The translations under genes and the position numbers were made by a program. Below the pieces are notes generated by a model that made no database searches, was not told where the DNA came from, and worked only from the letters and a program-made list of their open reading frames with translations. 60,573 nucleotides of DNA, taken from positions 1-60,573 of the forward strand of contig NZFP01000019.1 in NCBI GenBank assembly GCA_002689325.1, read 5' to 3'. This stretch comes from Rickettsiales bacterium (lineage in GTDB: Bacteria; Pseudomonadota; Alphaproteobacteria; Methylaequorales; Methylaequoraceae). Of the stretch, positions 37,377 through 46,444 are shown piece after piece; the first letter of the stretch is position 1, and the number at the start of each line of letters is the position of its first letter.

Positions 37377-38463
37377 CTTCAAGATGCATTAGTGAACTTA
37401 GTAATAAAAAATTAAAAATTAAAGGTGCCGCCCAAATACTGAGAAAAATGTTAAGGTCTGAACTTTGTCCAAACGTTTTAATTAAATCACAAGAGAAATG
37501 AAAAATTAATCCAATAATAAGACCATATAATATTTTAATGACATTTTTTTTAATTCTTTCTCTTTTAATTGATAAGGAGCAACCTAATAAAACCATTGAG
37601 ATGAGAATTAATGGAAATGAATAAAGGTAATTTTTATAAATTACGTGTTTTTTAATTACAAAACCGGATGACTCAAGATTACTTATGTAATCGTTTAGTC
37701 TCCAAAAACCTACAGTTTCTGGTGGCCTAAAATTTTTTTCAATTTTTTTTGCATCAAGATTAATTGCAATACTTTCAATATCGAACAATTTTGGAGGTTT
37801 ATTTATTTCAAGTTTGGTCCCTTTTTTTAGTTCCCATAAATTCGAATCAAGCATTTTGACATTTTGAACATCAATTCTCTCTAAAAATTTATTTTCCTGA
37901 CTAAACTTAAAAATTTTAACATTTTTTAATATGTTATTATCGAAAGAATAATGTTGGGCATTAATAACGAATTCAAAGTCATCTGTTTTTTCTCTTAACC
38001 ATAATCCCGTTTCAGATATTGAAAATAACCCGTAACTACCTTTGAAATAATTACTTTCATAATTCTTAAATTTTATATTCATATATGCAAAGATTGGGTT
38101 AAAAACAAAAACATAGAGAATACTGATTAAAAGCGCATTACAAATTGCAGGAAAAATTAAGAACCATATTGAAAACCCTGAGGCTCTAAAAACAATTAAC
38201 TCATTATTTTTATTTAGTTTCATGTATGTATGCATTGAACTCAATAGAAATACTGTAGGTAAAATTATTGGGAATAAGCTAGGTATATGAAGAAATGCCA
38301 TTTTTACTAAAATACCTATTTCAATTTCTTTTGTTGAACTTCTTCTGATCAACTCAATAAGATCAATTGAAATAAAAAGAAGACAAGAGAATGAAAAAAC
38401 TAAAAAAAATGAAAAAAGATTTTCCTTCAGTAGATATTTCAGAACTAACTTATTTATTAGCAT
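37369..38463 (-). CDS. lptG: LPS export ABC permease LptG
   Basis: YjgP/YjgQ-family topology with TM segments flanking a periplasmic beta-jellyroll region. It is the second of two paralogous permeases upstream of lptD. Confidence 0.85.
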   Translation of the reverse strand: MLINKLVLKYLLKENLFSFFLVFSFSCLLFISIDLIELIRRSSTKEIEIGILVKMAFLHIPSLFPIILPTVFLLSSMHTYMKLNKNNELIVFRASGFSIWFLIFPAICNALLISILYVFVFNPIFAYMNIKFKNYESNYFKGSYGLFSISETGLWLREKTDDFEFVINAQHYSFDNNILKNVKIFKFSQENKFLERIDVQNVKMLDSNLWELKKGTKLEINKPPKLFDIESIAINLDAKKIEKNFRPPETVGFWRLNDYISNLESSGFVIKKHVIYKNYLYSFPLILISMVLLGCSLSIKRERIKKNVIKILYGLIIGLIFHFSCDLIKTFGQSSDLNIFLSIWAAPLIFNFLLLSSLMHLEDG

Positions 38464-39550
38464 TAACTAATCTCTTAGATTTTAAAATAATAAAACATGA
38501 GCAAAGCAAACAGAAAGTTGATGGTAAAAAATTTATAAAATGCATTCCATTAAACTTAATTGATAAATTAGAGGAAGTTATTGATATTATCTGTAAAAAA
38601 ATTATTAATCCAAAAACCTTCAAAACTTTTGAGATGTTATCAACTCTATCGAATTTAAAACTTAGTAAAAAACTTACCACTAGAATACTAAATGCTACTA
38701 CATTGATAGGTATAGCATACCTTATAGTAATTTCTGCTTTAAATGCTTGAAGGTTATATTTATCATCTAGAGAGTCAGGGTTTGGATTTCTAAGTTCAAA
38801 CATTGATCTTTCGGATGGGGACTTCCATCTATCAAAGAAATTATTGGTTTTGTTTTGATTAATAGTTAATAGATACTCATCAAAGTAAAGGATTGAAAGT
38901 TTTTTCTCTTTTGATTGAAATTGCTGTGAACCATCCTCTAAAAAAATTTTTGTAGCATTGCTAGTATTTATTATTTTCCCCTTTTTTGCTATGAGTGTTG
39001 ATGGTTTTTCAGTGTCTCTTGTATCGTGAATAAATATGTTTTTTAAACCGTCTTTATTACTTTCTTTTATAAAAATTGTAAAATCTTTCCCTATGGTATT
39101 GAATACCCCCTCTTGAAGAAGGCTTGAAGAATAGTCGTTTTTAATGGTATATAGGAGTAGCTTAAAATTTTTATTTGATTGTGGGGTTTGATAAATTGAA
39201 AAAAATGAACAAATAATTGCTATCAAAGAACTATAAAAAAATGTTGGTTTTATTAGATCAATGTTTGAAAAATTTGAAGACTGAAGTACTATTAGCTCCT
39301 TGTCATTAATCATCCTGGAATAAACAAAAAAAATTGATAAAGAAATTATTACAGGAAACAAAACTGGAATTATTTGTGGAATAGAATTCATTATGAGTTT
39401 AATGAAGATAAGAAAAGGAAGGTTCCTACTAATCATTAATTCAATTAATTGAACACTTTTTGCTAAACAAAATACTGAAATAATAAATATTAAAATTAGT
39501 AACGAATTATTAAGAAGTTGTTTAAAAATGTATTTATCGACTAAATTCAT
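38450..39550 (-). CDS. lptF: LPS export ABC permease LptF
   Basis: YjgP/YjgQ-family protein, divergent from pepA as in many proteobacteria. ATG 39550 (MNLVDKYIFKQLL) is preferred to the track TTG 39571. Confidence 0.85.
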   Translation of the reverse strand: MNLVDKYIFKQLLNNSLLILIFIISVFCLAKSVQLIELMISRNLPFLIFIKLIMNSIPQIIPVLFPVIISLSIFFVYSRMINDKELIVLQSSNFSNIDLIKPTFFYSSLIAIICSFFSIYQTPQSNKNFKLLLYTIKNDYSSSLLQEGVFNTIGKDFTIFIKESNKDGLKNIFIHDTRDTEKPSTLIAKKGKIINTSNATKIFLEDGSQQFQSKEKKLSILYFDEYLLTINQNKTNNFFDRWKSPSERSMFELRNPNPDSLDDKYNLQAFKAEITIRYAIPINVVAFSILVVSFLLSFKFDRVDNISKVLKVFGLIIFLQIISITSSNLSIKFNGMHFINFLPSTFCLLCSCFIILKSKRLVNANK

Positions 39551-39615
39551 TGAATTTTTTTTAAAATACAATATACATTATTTAAAATAATTAATCCTTA
39601 ATAATATTTAGACAA

Positions 39616-41115
39616 ATGAAAATTAATTTTGAAAATATTTCTCAACAAAATTACCACCTTGTTATTATTTCACCAGATAATAAAAAAGTAAATTCCAATA
39701 ATCATTTAGACAAAAGTTCTGAAGATATTTTAAACAGTTATTTAGAAAATAAAAAAAAAGAAAAAGAAATAATTGAGACCTTTTTGTATAAAAATATTCA
39801 GAAAAAACAAAAAAAATCTGAGTTTGTTTCAAAGTTTACTTACGTAAGACTAGAACATTCGAAGGATAAATCTATTCAGCATTCTTTTTTTGGTAGACTA
39901 CTTTCCTATCTTGAAAATAAAAAAGAAAAAAAAATAATGATTTTATTTAATCAAAACTTTGATGACACAAAGAAAAGAGAAGAAATTATTGAGAATTTGC
40001 TCATTGGTTTTAAATTAAAAGATTATAGATTCGAAAAATATAAAAATGTCTCAAAAAAAGATTTCAAAATCGATGAGGTTCGGATCCTTGGTTTTCATGG
40101 AAAATATTGTTCAGAATTAGAAAGAAGGATTAAACATGAAATCAGGTGTCTAGATGGAATTTTTCTTACAAGAAATTTAGTTTCTGAGCCGGCAAACGTA
40201 TTGTATCCGCAAAAGTTTGTTGAATTTTGCAAAGATTTAAAGAAAGTAGGTGTTGAAATAGAAACTTTTGACGAAAAAAAACTTAAGACTCTTGGAATGA
40301 ATGCTTTATTAGGTGTTGCTCAGGGATCAGTTCGTCCTGCTAGAGTTATGATAATGAAATGGAATGGTCTTAAGGGAAAAAAATCCGAACCAATAGCTTT
40401 TATTGGTAAGGGAGTAACTTTTGACACAGGAGGTATTTCGATAAAACCCTCCTCAGGTATGGAAGATATGAAATGGGACATGGGAGGGGCAGGAGTTGTT
40501 GCAGGTTTGATGTACACACTTGCCTTAAGAAAAGCAAAGGCTAATGTTATTGGTGCAGTAGGCTTAGTTGAAAATATGCCGGATGGAAATGCTCAGAGAC
40601 CAGGAGATATTGTTGAGTCCTTATCAGGTCAAACAATTGAAGTTTTGAATACGGATGCTGAAGGGCGCTTAGTCTTGGCTGATGTTCTGTGGTATGTAAA
40701 CCAAAAATTTAAACCCAAATTAATGATTGACTTAGCTACATTGACTGGTGCAATAATTGTAGCACTTGGAGAAAGATACGCTGGGGTGTTTTCAAACGAC
40801 GATCTCCTTGTAAAGAAAATTCTTGATGCTTCAAAAACTACCAAAGAGCTGGTATGGCAGATGCCAATGGATGATGAGTTTGATAAGTTGTTAAACTGTC
40901 CAGTAGCTGATATGAAAAATATCACAGGAACTAGAGGTGCAGGCAGTATAACGGCCGCTCAATTCCTAAAAAGATTTGTTGACAAAACAAGCTGGGCTCA
41001 TTTGGATATTGCTGGAGTTACGTGGTCAAAAAAAGGGACAAAATTCGCAAGACCTGGTGGCACTGGTTTTGGTGTAAGACTACTTGATGAGTTTGTAAAA
41101 AAAAATTATGAATAA
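39616..41115 (+). CDS. pepA: leucyl aminopeptidase PepA (M17)
   Basis: NTDAEGRLVLAD signature and the GKGVTFDTGGISIKP metal/substrate motif. Confidence 0.95.
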   Translation: MKINFENISQQNYHLVIISPDNKKVNSNNHLDKSSEDILNSYLENKKKEKEIIETFLYKNIQKKQKKSEFVSKFTYVRLEHSKDKSIQHSFFGRLLSYLENKKEKKIMILFNQNFDDTKKREEIIENLLIGFKLKDYRFEKYKNVSKKDFKIDEVRILGFHGKYCSELERRIKHEIRCLDGIFLTRNLVSEPANVLYPQKFVEFCKDLKKVGVEIETFDEKKLKTLGMNALLGVAQGSVRPARVMIMKWNGLKGKKSEPIAFIGKGVTFDTGGISIKPSSGMEDMKWDMGGAGVVAGLMYTLALRKAKANVIGAVGLVENMPDGNAQRPGDIVESLSGQTIEVLNTDAEGRLVLADVLWYVNQKFKPKLMIDLATLTGAIIVALGERYAGVFSNDDLLVKKILDASKTTKELVWQMPMDDEFDKLLNCPVADMKNITGTRGAGSITAAQFLKRFVDKTSWAHLDIAGVTWSKKGTKFARPGGTGFGVRLLDEFVKKNYE

Positions 41116-41560
41116 CTTTCACGAAATAAACCTTTATTACGTCAAGTCAGATTTTAGCTACATAGTCAATTCTTTAGTTAAAAAGCTCAGGGACAAAAAA
41201 GTAATAATTAATTTATCAAGTGAATTAGAGATGAAATCCTTGGATAAATATCTATGGACAAAAGAAAAAAATGAATTTTTACCCCACAAAATCTTTACTG
41301 AAAAACTTTACTCAAAAGATAAATTAGTTTTATTTTATGGTGATTATCTTAAAATGAAAAAACTACTCGATTTTGATATCATTCTTATTTCACCAAAAGT
41401 AAAAATAAAAAAGATTTCCTTTTTAAAAAAATTTTTCTTTTTTTCTTACAATGAAGTTGACAAAGAAATTTTTTCAACAATATCCACTAAATTAAAAAAT
41501 AAAATTAAAACTATTAAATGCTTTTATGAGTTAGAAAAATTCAAATGGAAAACAATTTAA
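41108..41560 (+). CDS. holC: DNA polymerase III chi subunit HolC
   Basis: LDKYLWT...EFLPH matches the chi motif (LD..LW....FLPH). It lies downstream of pepA. Confidence 0.75.
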   Translation: MNNFHEINLYYVKSDFSYIVNSLVKKLRDKKVIINLSSELEMKSLDKYLWTKEKNEFLPHKIFTEKLYSKDKLVLFYGDYLKMKKLLDFDIILISPKVKIKKISFLKKFFFFSYNEVDKEIFSTISTKLKNKIKTIKCFYELEKFKWKTI

Positions 41561-41581
41561 ACTATATAAGGAGACTGTTTT

Positions 41582-42010
41582 ATGGAAAAAACTTTATCAA
41601 TAATCAAGCCAGATGCTGTTAAACGCGGTCTTACAGGAGAAATTAACTCATTAATAGAAAAAAATAAAATGAAAATCATTGCTCAGAAAATGATACATCT
41701 CTCATTAAATGATGCAAAAGGTTTTTATTTTGTACATAAAGAAAGAGCTTTTTTCAATGATTTGTGTGAGTATATGACGTCAGGCCCTATTATCGTTCAA
41801 GTTCTAATAGGTAAAAATGTTATAAATAATTATAGGAAATTAATGGGAGCAACTAATCCGACTAATGCAGATGAAGGTACAATAAGAAAAGCTTATGGTT
41901 TATCTGTAGAGGAAAATTCTGTTCATGGTTCAGATAGTAAAGAAAATTCAAAAATAGAAATTGATTATTTCTTTTCAAAAAGAGAAATATTCGAACAATT
42001 AGGCGGTTAA
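41582..42010 (+). CDS. ndk: nucleoside diphosphate kinase
   Basis: TLSIIKPDAV and the active-site NSVHGSDS. Confidence 0.97.
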   Translation: MEKTLSIIKPDAVKRGLTGEINSLIEKNKMKIIAQKMIHLSLNDAKGFYFVHKERAFFNDLCEYMTSGPIIVQVLIGKNVINNYRKLMGATNPTNADEGTIRKAYGLSVEENSVHGSDSKENSKIEIDYFFSKREIFEQLGG

Positions 42011-42129
42011 AATATTAAGAAAAACCATAATAGGAAAAGAAGTATTGTAACAGCTATGCACGAGATTATTGTGAATTTAATAAATCTGGAATAAAAATTT
42101 TCTTGGAATTTGCTATTTAATTTTGCCAT
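42007..42129 (-). CDS. possible 40-aa single-TM small protein (not in the ORF track)
   Basis: Hand translation is MAKLNSKFQENFYSRFIKFTIISCIAVTILLFLLWFFLIF. AAGGA lies 8 nt upstream of ATG 42129. It overlaps the purN 3' end by 17 nt and exactly fills the otherwise empty 102-bp ndk/purN gap. Hydrophobic ORFs arise easily in AT-rich DNA, so this is tentative. Confidence 0.25.
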   Translation of the reverse strand: MAKLNSKFQENFYSRFIKFTIISCIAVTILLFLLWFFLIF

Positions 42130-42694
42130 TATTAATTTCCTTTTCAAGAGTTTCTATAACTTTTATATATAATATATGCTCTTCTTTCAATATTTTTTTC
42201 GCTAATTTTTTCTCATTATCTGTGTTTAATACTCTCACTATTCTCTGATCAATTATTTCTCCAGTATCAATACCCTTATCTACGTAATGTATTGTACATC
42301 CTGTATATTTTACCTTTTTTTCTATTGCTTGTTTTACGGCATCAAGCCCACTAAAAGCAGGGAGAATTGAAGGGTGGATATTTATGACTTTTTTTTTCCA
42401 ACTACATAAAAAATCTTCACTGAGAATTCGCATAAATCCTGCTAAACATATTAAATTAATCTTTTCCTCAAGAAGAATTTGAGAAAGTTTTTTTTCAAAT
42501 TTTTTAATTTGATTTTCATGTATGATTTTAGTTTTTATTCCTTTTTTTTTAACTTTTGCTAACCCAGAAGATTTTTTATTGTTAGATATTATTATTTTAA
42601 CTTTTGAGGATAAAGTTTTATTATTACATGCATCAACAATGTTTAGCATGTTTGAACCTCTGCCTGAAATTAATATTGCTAAGTTAAATCCCAT
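42113..42694 (-). CDS. purN: phosphoribosylglycinamide formyltransferase PurN
   Basis: ILISGRGSNM N-terminal motif and the INIHPSILP catalytic motif. Confidence 0.93.
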   Translation of the reverse strand: MGFNLAILISGRGSNMLNIVDACNNKTLSSKVKIIISNNKKSSGLAKVKKKGIKTKIIHENQIKKFEKKLSQILLEEKINLICLAGFMRILSEDFLCSWKKKVINIHPSILPAFSGLDAVKQAIEKKVKYTGCTIHYVDKGIDTGEIIDQRIVRVLNTDNEKKLAKKILKEEHILYIKVIETLEKEINNGKIK

Positions 42695-43740
42695 CCACCG
42701 AAATTCTTAATTGATACTTTTTTCTCAAAACTTTTCTTTGTTTTTATTTCACCCATTATATGAACATTAGTTTTTTTTCTTCTTAAAAAATCAAGTACAT
42801 CTTTTTTATTTCTATGATTAATAATAATAATTAAACCAATACCACAATTAAAGGTTTTGAGCATTTCCTTTGTACTAATATTTGCCAACTCTTTAAGCCA
42901 AACAAATCTGTCAGGAATTATGAATTTTTTAAAGTCAATTAAAGCATTCATTCTGTCGGGAATGATTCTTTCAAGGTTTTCATAAATACCTCCTCCAGTA
43001 ATGTGAGAGATTGCACATATTTTTTTTTTTTTAATAAGTGGAAGAAGTGATTTAACATAAATTTTTGTTGGTTGGACCAAATCTTCACCCAATAATTCAA
43101 AATCTGATTTAAAAGGAGTCTTAGTATTAAGGGATATTTTTTTTTCACTAATAATTTTTCTTATAAGTGAAAATCCATTTGAATGAAAACCACTAGATTC
43201 TAGACCTAAAATAAGTGAGTCTTTTTTAACTTTTTCTTTTCCAATCTTATTTTTTCTTTCAACTGCACCTACGGCAAAACCAGCTAGATCAAATTCGTCA
43301 TTTTTGTACATTCCAGGCATTTCTGCTGTTTCTCCTCCTACGAGCGAACAACCGGCTTCAGAACAAGCTTGGTTAATGCTTTTTATTAAATCAAAAAATA
43401 TATTATCCTTTATTTTTGATGTTGATATATAATCAAGGAAAAAAAGTGGTTCTCCTCCACTAGCTAAAATGTCATTCACTGACATTGCAACTAAGTCAAA
43501 TCCTAAAAATTTAAGATTCTTTTGTTCTAAAGCCAATTTTAGTTTAGTACCAACTCCATCTGTACTACTTAATAAAATTGGATCTTTATATTTAAGTTTT
43601 TTTAAATCGAAGATTGAGCAAAATCCCCCAGGGTTTAAAATAATTTCTTTTCTAAAATTTTTTTTTGTTATAGTTTCCAGTTTTTTTACTAATTTTGAAG
43701 ATTTTCTTGTATCAACACCAGATGATTTATAAGTAGAAAT
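42679..43740 (-). CDS. purM: phosphoribosylformylglycinamidine cyclo-ligase PurM, with an apparent ATT start codon
   Basis: The track ORF (from TTG 43536) lacks the conserved N-terminus. The same frame continues upstream as (I)STYKSSGVD...PILLSSTDGVGTKLKLA, bounded by an in-frame TGA at 43753-43755. Only AGG AGT TTA AAA ATT lie between the stop and Ser2. AAGGAG lies 7 nt before ATT 43740. Confidence 0.9.
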   Translation of the reverse strand: MSTYKSSGVDTRKSSKLVKKLETITKKNFRKEIILNPGGFCSIFDLKKLKYKDPILLSSTDGVGTKLKLALEQKNLKFLGFDLVAMSVNDILASGGEPLFFLDYISTSKIKDNIFFDLIKSINQACSEAGCSLVGGETAEMPGMYKNDEFDLAGFAVGAVERKNKIGKEKVKKDSLILGLESSGFHSNGFSLIRKIISEKKISLNTKTPFKSDFELLGEDLVQPTKIYVKSLLPLIKKKKICAISHITGGGIYENLERIIPDRMNALIDFKKFIIPDRFVWLKELANISTKEMLKTFNCGIGLIIIINHRNKKDVLDFLRRKKTNVHIMGEIKTKKSFEKKVSIKNFGGWDLT

Positions 43741-43807
43741 TTTTAAACTCCTTCAATGTTTAGTTTTTAAAAAATTAATGTTATAAGTTTATAACTTATA
43801 CTTGAAA

Positions 43808-44908
43808 ATGTTAAAAATATTAAGTCTTATCATATTCTTTTTTTTTACCAATATAGCAAGTTGTTTTGCTAACGAAGAAATTTATAATATTAAAGACAAT
43901 GAAGTTTATTTAGAAAATAATGGAAATGTTTTAGAGTTAAGGGATAATGCTAAAAATATTTCGTTTAAAAATGGATTTAATATATTAGCAAAAAATATTT
44001 TAACACCAGAAGATTTTTTAAAATTCAGTCAAATTTCAGACCTTAATCTAGCCGATCTTGTAAGTGACTATAAGATAGAATCGGAAAAAATTACTGAAAT
44101 AAATTATTATGCTGAAATATCTATTAATTTTAACCCTGAAAGAGTAAAAAAATTTTTTAGTGATAATAATATTGATCTAAACATTTTTGTGTCAGAAAGT
44201 TATTTGATTTTTCCTATTTTAAAAAAATTTAATACATTTTATCTCTGGGACAAAGAAAATTTATGGTACGATTTTTTATTAGAAGAATATGATCAACAAA
44301 GTTTACTTAAACTTTATTTCCCAGAAAAAAGTAATATTAATAGATTGAAAATTTCAGCAGAACAAATTGTCAATATGAATGTGAGTAAAATTACTAATTT
44401 TTTAGATCTATATAATAAAAAAAAAGCAATAATTATCTTTTTAGAGGAAAAATTTGATATTAATAAAAATAATTTCGATCTAAAATTAGATGCAAAACTT
44501 TTTTCAAATAATATTTTTTCAAAAATAAAAATTGGTAATCATGATTTATTGGTCGAAGGTAAAAACTCATCAGAAATAGATTTGGTTGCAAAATTTGTAA
44601 TAAAAGAACTACAAAACTGGTGGAAAAGTAGAATTGATTCAGAGAACCTTGCAACTAACACTGAAAGTTTAATTCTTATAAGCATTGATTCAGAAGATAT
44701 AAAAAAAAGTTTCTTAATTGAGGAGGCAATTTTTGAAATAATAGGAACGAATAATGCTAAAATTAAGGAGTTAAGAGATAAAAAAACAATTTATGAAATT
44801 TTCACAAATTATAGTATCAAGAATATAAATTTGAGATTACAAAGTAAAAGTTTAAGGTTAATCAAAGCTGGTTCAGATGGGAATCTTTACAAAGTTGAAA
44901 ATTATTAA
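43808..44908 (+). CDS. hypothetical secreted protein (DUF2066-like by position between purM and hda)
   Basis: Signal peptide MLKILSLIIFFFFTNIASCFA. A DUF2066 protein occupies the purM-x-hda position in other proteobacteria. I have no motif-level support. Confidence 0.35.
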   Translation: MLKILSLIIFFFFTNIASCFANEEIYNIKDNEVYLENNGNVLELRDNAKNISFKNGFNILAKNILTPEDFLKFSQISDLNLADLVSDYKIESEKITEINYYAEISINFNPERVKKFFSDNNIDLNIFVSESYLIFPILKKFNTFYLWDKENLWYDFLLEEYDQQSLLKLYFPEKSNINRLKISAEQIVNMNVSKITNFLDLYNKKKAIIIFLEEKFDINKNNFDLKLDAKLFSNNIFSKIKIGNHDLLVEGKNSSEIDLVAKFVIKELQNWWKSRIDSENLATNTESLILISIDSEDIKKSFLIEEAIFEIIGTNNAKIKELRDKKTIYEIFTNYSIKNINLRLQSKSLRLIKAGSDGNLYKVENY

Positions 44909-45575
44909 TGAAACAAGATATTTTAAATTTCAAGTTTGAAAATAAAAAAGATTTCTATGTGACTTCAAAGAATTCACTTGCATTTGATTTAATCCAAAAA
45001 TGGCCGAATTGGAATAATCAGTTTTTTTTTTGTATGGGCCGACTAAATGTGGAAAAACAACAATTTGTAAAATATGGCAAAAAAAATCAAAGGCCATATT
45101 TCTTGATAAAAAAAAGATAGAAAAGTTTCTTAATAATACTTACAAAAATCATTTTAATACTCACAACAATTGGATATTAGATAATGCTGATTTGTTTTTA
45201 AAAAAAAAGAATGATGAAAAATTATTAAACTTAATAAATATAATAAAAGAAAAAAAAAAGTCTTTTCTTTTAATGACATCAAATGTTCCACCACGACAAT
45301 TACCTACAAAAATCAATGATTTATTATCAAGAGTTTCAGATTCACTTGTCGTTCAAGTACACGAACCTGATAATCTTCTTTTGGCAAATATAATTAGGAA
45401 ATATTTGGAAGAAAGAGAAATAAATATTGAAAAAAAAAAAATTGATTATTTAACAAATAGAATTGAGAGGTCTTATAAATTTGCTATTAAAATTGCAAAA
45501 AAAATTGATAGTGAGTCTTTAGAAAGTCATTCAAATATTTCCTTTAGTTTTTTAAAAAGAATTTTAGAAATTTAG
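44908..45575 (+). CDS. hda: Hda (DnaA-related regulatory inactivator of DnaA) interrupted by a -1 frameshift in a T10 tract
   Basis: ORF1 (44908-45120) carries an N-terminal clamp-binding-like QDILNF and ...LIQKWPNWNNQFFF. ORF2 (frame of 45030) continues LYGPTKCGKTTICKIWQ (Walker A) and the DnaA domain-III-like remainder. The switch occurs inside T10 at 45022-45031. One extra T would restore NNQFFFLYGPTKCGKT. Confidence 0.8.
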
Positions 45576-46405
45576 CCATATTTTAAAAATATTTTTTTTA
45601 ATTCTTCTTTAAAAGACTTATCTTTAATAGAATTTAAAATCTTTAATATATCGGAATAATTAGTTTTCTTGTTTGAAATATATTTAATTTCTTGATCTTT
45701 TATTAACCTTTTAATAGGAATATTTTTTGTTTTTGCCGTTGATTCTCTTTTTTTACAAATTTCTTTGAGGAGATTTAATTTGTGACTTTCCTTACTTCTG
45801 ATTTTAATTTTTTGCCATGCTAGACTGGGATTTTTTAGATAGGTTTTTCTATCGAGCAACTTAATATGATATTTATGAATATCTTTAAAATTTTTTTTTT
45901 TTAATTCTTTCAAAATTACCATGTATAGTGGTATGAGATATTTTACATCATTACTTGCATAATTTATTTTCTTTTTAGAAAGTGGTCTTTTCCTCCAATC
46001 AATAAATTGGTAAGTTTTATCAATTTTTTTTTTCAAGAAATAATCTATTGAGTCGGCATACCCAAGTGAATTTGACAGTCCTAATAAACTTATACATATT
46101 TGAGTGTCTATAATATTCTTAGGTAATTGTTTAAAAAGGTTAAAAAAGATCTCTAAATCTTGATAAGCAGCGTGAAATATCTTGAGAATCTTAAAGGAAC
46201 ATAAAATTTTTTTGATTAGTAATATATCTAATTCTTTATTAAAAGGATCTATAAGAACTGTTTCTTCTTTATTAGCCATTTGTAGAAGACAAAATTTAGG
46301 ATAGTAAGTGTTTACTCTATAGAATTCTGTGTCAACAGCTACGATTTCATGTTTTTGACATTTTAGATAGAAATTTTTTAATTGATCATTAGTATGGATT
46401 AACAC
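45572..46405 (-). CDS. rnd: ribonuclease D (short form)
   Basis: DEDD exonuclease motifs (VAVDTEF..., ...HAAYQDLE..., ...YASNDVKYL) followed by one HRDC-like region. GTG start. At 277 aa it is shorter than E. coli RNase D. Confidence 0.8.
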   Translation of the reverse strand: MLIHTNDQLKNFYLKCQKHEIVAVDTEFYRVNTYYPKFCLLQMANKEETVLIDPFNKELDILLIKKILCSFKILKIFHAAYQDLEIFFNLFKQLPKNIIDTQICISLLGLSNSLGYADSIDYFLKKKIDKTYQFIDWRKRPLSKKKINYASNDVKYLIPLYMVILKELKKKNFKDIHKYHIKLLDRKTYLKNPSLAWQKIKIRSKESHKLNLLKEICKKRESTAKTKNIPIKRLIKDQEIKYISNKKTNYSDILKILNSIKDKSFKEELKKIFLKYG

Positions 46406-46444
46406 TAATAAAAATTATCATTTAAAAGATATTGCTTCAATAGT

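Noticed and set aside
35839-38750. ORFs 35839-36162(+), 36380-36583(-), 36405-36626(+), 36962-37150(+) and 38391-38750(+) within lptD, lptG and lptF
   Set aside because: These are alternative-frame or antisense ORFs inside long conserved genes. They have an AT-driven hydrophobic composition and no motifs.
43469-43732. Plus-strand 87-aa ORF in the apparent gap upstream of the purM track ORF
   Set aside because: The region is actually the conserved N-terminal coding part of purM on the minus strand (…YKSSGVD…STDGVGTK…). The plus-strand ORF is its shadow.
43753-43755. Possibility that TGA is read as Trp (code 4), which would allow purM to start further upstream
   Set aside because: Many well-delimited genes here end in TGA at the expected length (der, fliH, fabD, gatA, mlaE, pyrC'). 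Trp positions are encoded by TGG. The standard bacterial code fits.
43782-43800. TATAAGTT-TAT-AACTTATA palindrome between purM and the downstream divergent gene
   Set aside because: It is made purely of A/T apart from one G/C pair per arm and is not similar to a PurR box. Palindromes of this size are frequent by chance in such AT-rich DNA.
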